Positions 46,195 through 57,400 of a stretch of 64,000 bases of DNA are shown piece by piece. Where the stretch lies: contig JBAYIQ010000002.1 in assembly GCA_041665545.1 (NCBI GenBank), positions 2,369 to 66,368 on the forward strand, written 5' to 3'. Position 1 is the stretch's first letter. Each line of letters begins with the position of its first letter. The stretch is from Patescibacteria group bacterium. Lineage in GTDB: Bacteria > Patescibacteriota > Patescibacteriia > UBA1558 > GWA2-36-10. Under the pieces are notes generated by a model, which saw only the letters and a list, made by a program, of their open reading frames with translations, made no database searches and was not told where the DNA came from. The translations under genes were made by a program, and so were the position numbers.

Positions 46195-47376
46195 ATGCCA
46201 AAATATATTTTAATCACTGGCCAGTCGCGAGATCTAGCTCAAGCTGAGATCTGGTCTGTTTTCAATAAACAAGCAAAAAACTTAGAATTTCACCCTAATT
46301 ATTGCTTGTTGGAGCTTGATTTAGATGCTGAACAGCTAATGAACCGCTTAGGTGGCACTATCAAGATAGCTAAATATTTAGCTAGTTTTGACAATCTAAA
46401 TCAACTGACTACTGATTGGTGGGCAAAAAATTTGGATAAAAAAGATAATAAAATTAATTTTGGTTTTAGTCTTTATGGCGGACAAAATAAAAAATATTTA
46501 CCAATCAAAAAAATTGCGCTGTCTGTAAAAAAAGAATTATCAGCCCAAGGGTATAAGAGCCGTCTAGTCACCAGCCAAGAGTTAGAACTATCCTCAGTAG
46601 TGGTCAAAAAAAATAATTTATTGGGTAATGAACTATTAATTATCCCTGATTCCGACAAGTACATTATCGGGCTGACTCAGGCCGTGCAAGATTTTGAAGA
46701 CTATGCTGAACGCGATATGAATAGACCCGGACGCGACGATAGATCGGGTATGCTACCGCCCAAAGTAGCCAAAATGATGGTCAACTTGTTGGGAGCAGAA
46801 ACTAAAGAAATTTTACTAGACCCTTTTTGTGGCTCAGGTACGGTCTTACAAGAAGCTGTAATTTTGGGCTACAAAAAATTGTTAGGCACAGACAAGAGTG
46901 CCAAAGCCATTGAGGACAGCCAAAAAAATCTAGCCTGGCTAAAAAAACAATACCAATATTCTTTTGAGGCCAAAATTATAAAAGCTGACGCTGAAAATTT
47001 AAGCAAATATTTATCACCCCACTCGGCTGACTACTTGGTGAGCGAGCCGTTTATGGGCTCGGCTCCAGAAATTATGAAAAAAAATAATTTGAGCTACTTT
47101 CATGATTTGAGTCAAGAATTGGCTGGGCTTTATTTCTACTCTTTTCAAGAATTTTATAAAATATTAAAACCGGGTGGAAAAATAATTTTTGTTTTTCCAA
47201 TTTTCAATGTCCAAGATATAAAAATAGACACTCTAGATATAAAACGAATAGAAAAAATCGGTTTCAAAAATATTGGGCTACCAATAAATTTTAAATCAGC
47301 AAAAAACGGGCAGATTGTCTATCAACGCCCGCAACAAAAAGTGTCCCGCCAAATTACTATTTGGGAAAAAATATAA
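46195..47376 (+). CDS. SAM-dependent RNA methyltransferase, UPF0020/RlmL-like (putative N2-guanine or N6-adenine)
   Basis: 393 aa with SAM motif I DPFCGSGTVLQEA and motif IV SEPFMG ([DNS]PP[FY]-like). Confidence 0.6.
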   Translation: MPKYILITGQSRDLAQAEIWSVFNKQAKNLEFHPNYCLLELDLDAEQLMNRLGGTIKIAKYLASFDNLNQLTTDWWAKNLDKKDNKINFGFSLYGGQNKKYLPIKKIALSVKKELSAQGYKSRLVTSQELELSSVVVKKNNLLGNELLIIPDSDKYIIGLTQAVQDFEDYAERDMNRPGRDDRSGMLPPKVAKMMVNLLGAETKEILLDPFCGSGTVLQEAVILGYKKLLGTDKSAKAIEDSQKNLAWLKKQYQYSFEAKIIKADAENLSKYLSPHSADYLVSEPFMGSAPEIMKKNNLSYFHDLSQELAGLYFYSFQEFYKILKPGGKIIFVFPIFNVQDIKIDTLDIKRIEKIGFKNIGLPINFKSAKNGQIVYQRPQQKVSRQITIWEKI

Positions 47377-47387
47377 TTTTTGTCATT

Positions 47388-47645
47388 GCGCACATTATCT
47401 GTGCGTCACCCCGCACTGACCACGTTAAACGCGTCATCCCGCACTTGTTGCGGGATCTAACCAAAAATAATGACACGCTAGATTCCTGCCTGCGCCCCCT
47501 TCGCCGCGAGGCGAGCGGGAATGACGACAAAAAGCATGAGAATGACAACTTTAAGTATGTCATTGCGAGCGAACGTAGTGAGCGTGGCAATCTACAGCTT
47601 TTGGATTGCTTCGTCGCCTGCGGACTCCTCGCAATGACGAATCAT
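47388..47645. repeat. array of ~5 degenerate 35-45-bp hairpin repeat units (GTCATTGCGAGCGAAC...GCAATC / GTCATCCCGCACTTGTTGCGGGATC type), some in inverted orientation
   Basis: Read directly; the units at 47559-47593 and 47602-47637 are inverted copies. The array lies between convergent genes and generates the spurious ORFs 47357-47590(-) and 47361-47651(+). Confidence 0.6.
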
Positions 47646-47657
47646 GATTAACATAAA

Positions 47658-48899
47658 TCAATTATCCTGCCAGCTGAGCTGGTTTTTTGTCACTTGCAAA
47701 TTACGCCACTTGAGCTGACCATCTTTTTGATCAAGGTAAGTCACTTGACCAGATTGTGCCCACTGACTGGTCAGATAAAAAGCGGCCACGGCTGATTCTA
47801 GTTCTGACAAACGCAATTTTTCGGCTAAGATTAGCTCCAAAAACAAACGCCGACCCAAGAGCTTATCTTGATTGCTACCAAACCATAAGCCAATATCATT
47901 GCCATAGCGCACGCCAATAAATCTTTTCAAAATACTTATGAAGCGACTATCCTCACTAATCAAACTATCTAGGGCCTTGTGACTGACTAGTACTTTCAAA
48001 CAGCTCAATACTTTTTCTTTGTCATTCATAGCCACGGCATTCCACAAAATATCCCGCACTTTATAAATATCATTTCCCGCTTCTGATAAAACAAAACTTT
48101 CTGGCAAAAGCAATTGATCTAGTTTGTTGACATTATTATTGAGGTTGGCAATAGCTGTTTCGATATTAATTACTTCGGGAGCTTGTTCATCTTTTTCCTG
48201 CTTTAGCTCAGCCCACAAAACGCCCTCTTGATTCTCAATATCAATGGGCATATTTTCATCATAGGACAACAAGAAACAGCGCAAAGATTCTCGCTCTTTG
48301 GGATCAAGCTCTAGGGCATTGGGACTTTTGGCTAGATATTGCGCGCGTTGCAAGGAGTTGTGATAGCCAGCGCCAAGATAATGCACGTAGTCTTTGATCC
48401 AGTTGTCTAGAGTAGGCATCAAGCGCCGAAAATCAGTGCCCGCAATCTTTTTGGCTGAAATGCGTAACTCTACAAAATCATCATAATCGGACATAAATTG
48501 CTTGACTGTGCCGTGAGCATGCTCAGGAAATAATTTTTTTTGCAAAGTGACGCTTTTTAAATGTATTGCTTTGGGTACTTTGCCACCCAAACGCAAAATA
48601 AGACGATCAACATTACCTAAATAATCTTGGATAGGCCAAAAAATATTTAGAGCAATGTCTAATGAAATAGCTCTTAGGTCATAATAACTTGCCCGCTCCA
48701 TCTCTTCCAAGCGTACCGGAAAATCAAGTACAGATATTTTCTTTAAAAAAACTAAATTTACCAAGTCCATGATAAAAAAAGTCTGAGTATTGTTTAAAGG
48801 ATAACGTCCAAAAATCTGAATATTTTTATTAATCAGCTCATCACTGGAAATATATTCCCGAATTTCATCGGGAAGATTCTTTAGATCATCTATAAACAT
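47658..48899 (-). CDS. hypothetical cytoplasmic protein
   Basis: 413 aa with no TM helix and no recognised motif. Confidence 0.35.
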   Translation of the reverse strand: MFIDDLKNLPDEIREYISSDELINKNIQIFGRYPLNNTQTFFIMDLVNLVFLKKISVLDFPVRLEEMERASYYDLRAISLDIALNIFWPIQDYLGNVDRLILRLGGKVPKAIHLKSVTLQKKLFPEHAHGTVKQFMSDYDDFVELRISAKKIAGTDFRRLMPTLDNWIKDYVHYLGAGYHNSLQRAQYLAKSPNALELDPKERESLRCFLLSYDENMPIDIENQEGVLWAELKQEKDEQAPEVINIETAIANLNNNVNKLDQLLLPESFVLSEAGNDIYKVRDILWNAVAMNDKEKVLSCLKVLVSHKALDSLISEDSRFISILKRFIGVRYGNDIGLWFGSNQDKLLGRRLFLELILAEKLRLSELESAVAAFYLTSQWAQSGQVTYLDQKDGQLKWRNLQVTKNQLSWQDN

Positions 48900-48906
48900 T
48901 TAAAAA

Positions 48907-51435
48907 TTAGGTTATTCCTTGCTTCTCCTCTAGTAGCTTCAATTGAGCTGTAGTTAATCCCTTGTCAGCAATTGGCGAATGAGGAGTTCCAGCAACTACT
49001 GGATTCATCTTTACTAATCTTGTTAATTGACTTCTATCCAGTTTCAAAAGATCGTCAAACCTTAAGGTCTGAGCAAATTTTGATAAGTCTGCATCATTCA
49101 CTGCCCCCGAGTTAGGGTCAGCAAAAGCTAAATGTCCATACTTCAAATCATTATGAGCTAACTGCCCTTGAGCTGCAAATTTTGCATCAACAGCTGACAT
49201 TCCTTTGGCAACACCAACTTTTACTAAATCGGGTATTTGACTAACAAAGTTAGCTATAATATCTGACTCCTGAATATCACCCTTATTTATAGATGGTATA
49301 TTAATTATATTTTGGATGCGTCCCATTCTAATCTGATTATTAACAATCTCCTTTCGCTGGGTATCAGTATTTGATAGATTGTACATTTCGGCTGTCTTAC
49401 CAGGACTGGCATGACCAGCAACATCTCTAAATAGAGCTGATTTTTCGTCAATTTTAATCAAATCCTCTGCTTTGGTAGTTGTGGCCAAATTCTTAGCAAA
49501 TTTTGCTCGCTGTACATCATTGGCTTTAGCATATTCGGCATTAATACTACTCTTTGTCCCATCTTTCGCGTCAAATTTACCCAACAACAACATTGCTTTA
49601 CCAAAATCTGACTTATCGTCATCGATGGTGCCAACTAGCTTACCACTACGTACGTGCTTATCCAACTCATCCATAAAATAATCACGCATTTCTTTTGTCA
49701 TGGACTCTGCACCGCTAGTAACGGCCTTAAAATCCTCACTGAGTAATCTTTGGGTCTGTGCTAAACTCATGCCCTGAGGATTCATCTTGCTCAGTGTAGC
49801 GGCAACACCATTAGCAGTAATTTGTTTTTCAAAACTTTCAGGAGTGGCTACAGCCATACTTCTAGCACGCAACCTTTCTAGTGATTTGTAATCACCAGCT
49901 GCTTCAAAGTCTTTAGCCATGTCTTCAGCTCTTTTGGGATCAATGGCCTTTTTACCTTCTAAGTCAAGTTTTGCTAAATTTGCTTTAGCTTCACGCTTAC
50001 CCATAAATCCAACACCTTTAGCCACTGTCTCATTATATTCTTTAATTTGCTCATCAGACATGCCTTCAAACCGCTTGTCATATTTGGTCTGCTTTCTCTG
50101 CCTGCGACTAGATTCTTTGGCTTGCAGTGCTAGGCCAGTCCTTTGCATAGCGCCAATACCCAAAGCTCCACCCATAACTGCCAAACCCTTGCCCGTAAAA
50201 CCACCTGCTTGACCCACAAAACCTTTAGCTCCGCCTTCTCCGCTAGTGCCTTGCCAAGCTAGCCTGGTTGCTCCTCCAACTGCAAAACCAGCGGCGCCAA
50301 TAGTAGCACCCCGGCCAATGCGACTACCCCACTTCTGCAAGCTGTTTGAGGCCTTGCCAGCCACCGAGGCACCGGCGGCGCCTGAAGAAGCGGCAAACTT
50401 CAAGCCAGCCATAAGTAGCGTAATAGCAATCACAAAATTCAACATATTGGCTGTATCGGCTACTTCACTAACAACTGTATCGTATGTTTTAGTCTCATTT
50501 ACATATTTAGTACCATCTGGTGCTGTTGTATTTTCAGGAAAAGAACTGGCGATACTGCCCTGACCTACAATACTAAAAGCCAGCCACATAAAAAAAGCCA
50601 AAGCCGGACCAGTGGTCAAATTCTTGGATAACTCAGTTTCCCACTGCCCGTAATAGCTACTGGTTTTGGGAAAAGCGCGAGCCAAAAAAGCCATTGGCGC
50701 TAAAATAATCAAAATCCAAAAGCTAATAATACGCATAACAAACATAATCAGTATCACACCCATAATAACTGTAGTAATGATCATCATAATACCGCCCAAA
50801 ATCATGGCCATTAAATAAGATACTCCCGTATAAGTGCCAGTAACCCCACTAGGAAGATTCATTATTTTTTGCAAACCTAAAGCAACTACGTAATTACCAG
50901 CCAGATTCTCAAGAACTGGCGCTAGAAATGTCAAAGTTATGACTTGCGAAAAATCAATTAATAAAGCAACAATTGACTTGCTAAAATTTATCAAAATAGC
51001 CATAAGTAGTAGCTTTGACAAAAGCTGGCGATAGCCAAAACCCTGCACCTGTAAAATAGTACCAAAGGCCATAAGCAGGAGGATCAAAATAAAAAACATA
51101 TTAGCCAAATCACGCACTGTTACCCAAGCTTGTTTTACCTGATCTTGACCAGTAAAATTATTATAGGTTCCAACTGTATTAAACATTTTTATCTCCAACA
51201 GCAAAATGACACTGGGTAGCTTGATGGTAAAAAGATAAACAATGGTTCCAAGTTGTTTGGCTAGCCAATCGCCTGTATCGGCGGTAATTTTATTATTTAT
51301 AAATCCTTGCACCAAATTACCTGCGACATTTGTTGCATCTGCCTGAGCTTCAGCAAATTGCGGCACAAAAGTAACAAAAGTAAAACTGGCCAACAAAATC
51401 ATCAGCAAATACTTGGGCTTTTTAAATAAATTCAT
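48907..51435 (-). CDS. VirB6/TrbL-like polytopic membrane protein with Gly-rich hydrophilic C-terminal half
   Basis: 842 aa with a signal-like N-terminus, about 8 TM helices in the first ~340 aa, then a Gly/Ala-rich segment and a long hydrophilic tail. Confidence 0.4.
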   Translation of the reverse strand: MNLFKKPKYLLMILLASFTFVTFVPQFAEAQADATNVAGNLVQGFINNKITADTGDWLAKQLGTIVYLFTIKLPSVILLLEIKMFNTVGTYNNFTGQDQVKQAWVTVRDLANMFFILILLLMAFGTILQVQGFGYRQLLSKLLLMAILINFSKSIVALLIDFSQVITLTFLAPVLENLAGNYVVALGLQKIMNLPSGVTGTYTGVSYLMAMILGGIMMIITTVIMGVILIMFVMRIISFWILIILAPMAFLARAFPKTSSYYGQWETELSKNLTTGPALAFFMWLAFSIVGQGSIASSFPENTTAPDGTKYVNETKTYDTVVSEVADTANMLNFVIAITLLMAGLKFAASSGAAGASVAGKASNSLQKWGSRIGRGATIGAAGFAVGGATRLAWQGTSGEGGAKGFVGQAGGFTGKGLAVMGGALGIGAMQRTGLALQAKESSRRQRKQTKYDKRFEGMSDEQIKEYNETVAKGVGFMGKREAKANLAKLDLEGKKAIDPKRAEDMAKDFEAAGDYKSLERLRARSMAVATPESFEKQITANGVAATLSKMNPQGMSLAQTQRLLSEDFKAVTSGAESMTKEMRDYFMDELDKHVRSGKLVGTIDDDKSDFGKAMLLLGKFDAKDGTKSSINAEYAKANDVQRAKFAKNLATTTKAEDLIKIDEKSALFRDVAGHASPGKTAEMYNLSNTDTQRKEIVNNQIRMGRIQNIINIPSINKGDIQESDIIANFVSQIPDLVKVGVAKGMSAVDAKFAAQGQLAHNDLKYGHLAFADPNSGAVNDADLSKFAQTLRFDDLLKLDRSQLTRLVKMNPVVAGTPHSPIADKGLTTAQLKLLEEKQGIT

Positions 51436-51471
51436 AAATATGTTTTATTATTCTAATGATATTTTTTTCGA

Positions 51472-54400
51472 CTATTGAAGTACCACGATCCAGCCGGCAA
51501 AAGAGGTCCAAGCACTCCAGTTTCCCCAGTTGTCCTGTACCCTGACTGTCGGCTTATAGCATGAAGCATTATCAATGTAAGGCTCGTTCATTGGTGTGGA
51601 AATGTCACCGTCACACAAATCTCCCTGACCACCAAGCTGATAATCATGATAAAAAGTCTTGTAGGCCTCACGGCAAGCTCGCTCCGTGCCACCAAAACCC
51701 TGCTTAGTAGTAAGAATTTGGCCGGGCAGTGGAGCATCAACATTACAATCAGGTATATTGTTTTTGTACTTGCCGGGTATGGTGGTGATGGCGCTACCAT
51801 CTCCCCAGTCAACCTCGATACTTTTGACTGGCATGTGATCGGGGTGGGCATAATAATAAAACTTGAGCGAAGCAAAGAAAGATTGTTTAGCCTCAATACT
51901 GCCACCCTGCGCCTCGTTGACTGTCACACCATTAATCACTACTTTATTTGCGTCGCGACAAACATCCGAGCCACAAACTGTCAAAATCCGCGGTACAAAA
52001 TCTGGACCAGCCAGAGTGTTTTGGCCACGAGTTGCGGCCGCGCCAACATAAATATTATCTACTGTGTATGGCTCATAGACACTATTTGTATTATTCCACT
52101 GCATGTTATAAACCCGATAAAACATGTAAGCCAACTGAGTATGAGCTGCCGTCAAATCAGTTGATAAATTGCCTGTACCGGGCGCATAAAAAGTAGCGGC
52201 CGCTAGCGGTGAAAAAGTGCTGGCATTTACTGGCACGCGAACATTGACTACATCTTTGCCTAAATAGCCCAAAGCTGAACCAAAATGAGTAAATTTGTTA
52301 TTTTCACCAGTGATGCTGGCATAATTAACATTAGAATTTTGGATGAACCCAGACTTGTAATAATAGGACAGCCAAGTATTTGGCGTGGGATAATTGTTGC
52401 GTCCTGAATTGCCACTGCCGGTTTCATTGCGCCACCAAATATCCGTCCTAACCCAAGATTTGTCACCTTCAGAGTCAAGATCAACCACAATCTTACACTG
52501 CTGATAACAGGCCATGCCTGTACAGGTCCTGCCAGACATTTCGGCTGTATAAAATGCTGAATCTGCATCACATGGAACATCACACGACTTATCGGGAAAT
52601 GGTGTTGGATTTGAAACCGCTGTAACACCAGTAAATATATCTGACTGCAGACAGCCATCGATAGAGCTCTCATCCACCAACCAAGTATCAAGACCATCTT
52701 CTACTCTGGTCACATTGCCAAGGGCTTGGGCTATCAAGCCATTGTAAAGTGTATCATCAGGATCAACGCCTTGCCTTATTTTTAAACCACCGGTGGCGCT
52801 AGCTATACTTATTGGTTCGACACTTAGGATGTTACTAAGACAACCAGTTACTGAATTCACATCACGCATGGTTGTACCATCTGCTGACCAAGTGTCGCTA
52901 CCATAAATGATAGAGCCATAATCCACACACAAATAAGGAGAAGAAATATCTTCCACACAGTTCACAAAAGCGCAGCCCGGCACAGAGTCTGAGCCACATG
53001 AAGCTTCTAGAGCCCTATAGGGGTCTGAAGTCATCAAGCACGCTCGCCCTTTTGCTGGCGCTTCAGGCGCTCCACATATTGGCCCCGTGCCACTCACAAC
53101 ATCGGCTAATTCGGCTTTGACATAATAATTCCAAGATCCGGGATTACAAAACCCTTGATAAACTTGGTGATAAGGCCCATTAAGACATGTATCACTCGTA
53201 CTCGTGCAAGCATTTGACGCGTCATCTGGCCTATCAGGTTCGGCAGTGACTGAGCTAACACAGCCGGTAGTAGGATCGCTCGTTGTGTCACCGATATAAA
53301 TTCTGGCATCCTCATCACCATCTCCGAACCGGTCTATATTTTCATCATAATAAAACAAGTCTATTTTATTTGTTCCCGTATCAAAAAGATTCCTTAAGAC
53401 AGATTTATCAACAACTGGCATCTTGGATAAGTCATTACCCGGCGTCAGGACAAAATCTTCCACTGAAAACTTGGCCCCCTCATAAGAGACGCCCACGCTT
53501 AAGTCTCTTTTTTCTATATATTCAAAGGTGTAAGGTGGAGTGCTTGGTGGTGATGAGTCATAATGATTCATTTTCTCTGGCCGTAAATAGTTGTAGCTTA
53601 TCAAACTACTATTGCCAGCTATACTATTCGCTAAAATTTTTGAACCAGCTGGTATACGTATCAGCAGATTGCAATTCCGAGGGTCAGTACCACCACGACG
53701 ACCACAATATATTCTACTTTCCTGCAATATATAGGGCTCAGTCACTGAACAAAATAATGCCTCCCGACCACCCGGTTCATAATACCCAGCTTCACGGTAA
53801 TTATCATACAGTGAATTAGTACCACTTATCTGGTCAGCTGGATACCACTGGTTGCAATAATTAGTACCACCAGTGTCATTGACCACTTTGGAGTTGGCAT
53901 CATACTCTAGACAAATACCTGACCAATTAAATATAGTTTCGGCTTTTACTTTCTTATCACAAGTTCCATCACTTCTGGAAGTGCCATCGGTATTGTAAGT
54001 ATCACACAAATTATTTTGCGCAAAACCAGCACTGTCCACACAATCAACATTAGTATCAGTATTACCCGAACTACAAATACCTCCCGGACTGGGGAAATTC
54101 TTTGGATAATATCTGACCGTACCACCAGCGCCATAAGTCACCTTGATATAGGTAGCTTCACAGCCATTAGGTGAAGCCGTGATTGGTTCTACCTGATCAA
54201 CCTCACACATATTAGCACCAGCATAAGATTGGAGACGATCGAGACGACCAGAGTCTGGCGAGATAGATCCAGGGAAGGGCGAATCAGATTGGGCATAGCC
54301 CCTAGTTTCTACTCCCAAAGCTTTATTAGTATCAACTACCGGATTGAGTAAACAACGACTGCCACGACACACGCCATTAAACAAATCACCAGCAATGACT

Positions 54401-57400
54401 GCTGTACAATCCGTCCCCTCTCCGCTACAACCTGAGCCATTGTATACCAGTTGTGGCAATGGCGCAGTAGCTGAACCAGCATTGGTCACACCTAATGTGG
54501 CTATCGGCAACATATTTGGTATAGAGTAGCCGGTGTATTCCTCATCGCCAAACTGCATATGATTGTCTGCCCCTGTAGATCGATTTTGATAATTATCGAC
54601 AGTCAAGGCCTGGATTGTTGGCGTTGCCCATTCACCACACTTAGTAACATTATTTTTACTATCAAATTCTGTGCAAGTTCCTATATCAGCACAAACGACT
54701 TTGTATCTATTATTATCATTGTCCCAGACAACCGAAGAAGAGCGACAAGCCAGCCACTCGCTACACTGACGATCTTTGCGGACTTTAAGCAAAACATTGG
54801 AGTCAAGATTACAAGGTGGATCAAGAGTGGTGTCAGTCGGATCACAAGTCACCGGGCTAACTGCCGTGCCTTTAGAAACATTGAGATTATAACTTTGGAC
54901 AGCGTCATAGTTGAGATTCACCATGGTATGATCGCTGTTCCAATTATTGGCTTCCTTGAACAAAACGCAACCATTATTTTCATTGACTTGACCATTGCAA
55001 CTGGCCTTATCTATTTTTTCATTATTATAATAATAGTAGGGTTGACATTCTGCTGAATTGGGATTAAGGGTAAAGGTACCACCAGCCCCACTGCAATTTA
55101 ACTCATCAGTAATGCCTATACACTCGGTTGCTGCCAGTGTGGCACAATCACTACAAGTACCCACACCGCAACCAATAGGATCAGTTGGGTCATAAAAAGT
55201 TGTGCAGAGGTTTTTATCAGCTGGACAAGAGGCCACATTTTCGCCTAAGGCAAAGTCCGCCGCATCATAAGCATTGTCGGTATCCAAGCAACCCAAAGGC
55301 AGTGGGTCTTTGAGGTTGGCCGTCTTGAACCAACCAGTTATTATATTGTTACCAACAGTCACATTGGACTGGTAGGTACAGGTCTCAGTTCTCGGGTCTT
55401 TAAAATAATACGCTCCTTTATCAGAAGAATATTCTTCACAATACAAGTCATCACTGAAGCACAAAGATGAAACATATTGATCGGGATCGTTTATTTTGTA
55501 AACCGTTGGCAAATAGCTAGAAATGGTCCTATCGGGCAGACCCAAGGCCTGACAACCCTGATAGACTGCTGGACAGTATTTTCTATTATCTGGCACCAAG
55601 TAAGTAATGCTGTCAGCTGGCACTGTAATCTGCGAAGGATCAGTTGGGTTATTGTGAAATGTTTCCGTAAATGGATTGTCAGAATTATGAGTATCTACCA
55701 CCGCCATACAACCAATGGCCTCTACGCGACATAAATTCTGGAATGACTTTAAGTTATATTTATTGTTATTGGTGTCAGTGTATGTCTGGCAACCTAGATG
55801 ATAACCAACATAGGGGGTATCACAAGACACTGGTGTCTGCCAAGAATTCCTAATGACATAGATATTACCAGCTACTTCTTTGAGTATGATATTGTCCAGA
55901 AACACACTGCCGTTTTCATTGGCCGCATTACGCCCGGAAGAAAATACAATTTTTGCGCTATTGAGATTATAAGCTGTTGGATCAAGTTGATCGAAATATT
56001 GGGTAACAGTATAGTATTGCCAATTATTAGCTGGTATATTCTGTAATGAAGCATCAGTACCCATACTTATTGGAAATAAAACCTCTCCTCCCGAACTATT
56101 TGTCACCGATAGATTCCAGGCGACCTGTCCGAGCGATACTGATGGCTTCATCCACCAAGACAACTTATATTGCTTGTTATTTTGGATCGCCCCTACGGCA
56201 ACCTGAGCTACGCCATTGGTCCTGTCTAATTTTAGAGAGTGCCCATTTCTTTCCAATGATTCGCTGGACAAGTCTAACACTGTTCCCATCAAGCCCTGCC
56301 AAGGCGTATAAGCGGCGCGCTCAAAATCATCAGTAAATATATTACGGACATTGTTGGCGGTATTGCCATAGTAAGCACGACAACCGTTTTGAGCAGCTGA
56401 GCATTTGTTGCTCAACGACGGTGTAGCTCGATAAACGACATTGGGATTTAGTGTTCTTCGATAGTCGTGACAATCATCGCTGGCAAAAATTACCCGGTCT
56501 TGTAGACGATAAAAACTATTGCCAGCTGGATTAAAAAATTGTCGACAATTAGCGTTAACGCTTGGGTCATCAAGTAAGCTGGCTGTCTCTGTTCCGCAAG
56601 CAGCGACTGTCACCCCAACTCCATTATCATTACAAGCGTTACTACCCGACAAAATATTAGTGCATGGTGCATAAACAGTGCCAGTTGGTAATACTGTAGG
56701 CACATTGCTAGGCAAGGCCTTCCAAGCTCTGATTTGATAACCAGCCACATCAGTGCCTTCCCAAGTGATATAATCTTCTCCTTGATCAACAGACACACAT
56801 TGTCTTAGATAAGTATAATATTCTTTGCCCTCACCGCCAGCAGCCACAGCGTCAACATTGGTGAACTCTTCACAGCCAGCCACTGTCGCTGAACAAGATT
56901 TAGCTGTAGATGGTATAAAATTATAATAATTAAAATCAGCAGTTGGATTTTCAATTAAGTCAAAATTATCTGGCTCTTCGGCAAAACTAGCATAGCCCAC
57001 ACATTCGTTGGGACATAAATCGTTTTGCGAAATAACAGCTGGGATCATGGGGTCGCCATTTGAAGGAGTATAGCCCTGACAACCAATTTCTTGAGCAGTG
57101 CACATAAAGCGACTGCCATTCATATATATTTTTAAATCATTACCATAATTCGAATAAGCTGAAGCCGCGCGAGGTTCACTAACTGCTTCTATTTTAAAAT
57201 TGTCAAAATAAGAAGGCAAAAAACTAACATTGTTAGCATCATACGACCCGAAACCGATCATACATTTGACACTACTGCCAGTATTAAAAGTTCCACTAAT
57301 AACCGCATATTCCGTAGTACTAAGTTCACTGGCCGGTACCATTATATTAGCCTCATCAAACAAATTACCCGCCGAATCATTAGTTATACGGGTTGCCGGA

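Noticed and set aside
47357-47651. ORFs 47357-47590(-) and 47361-47651(+) as real genes
   Set aside because: They lie entirely within the hairpin-repeat array, overlap each other on opposite strands, and their peptides are repeat-encoded (VIASERSE..., VIPHLLRD...). They are almost certainly spurious.
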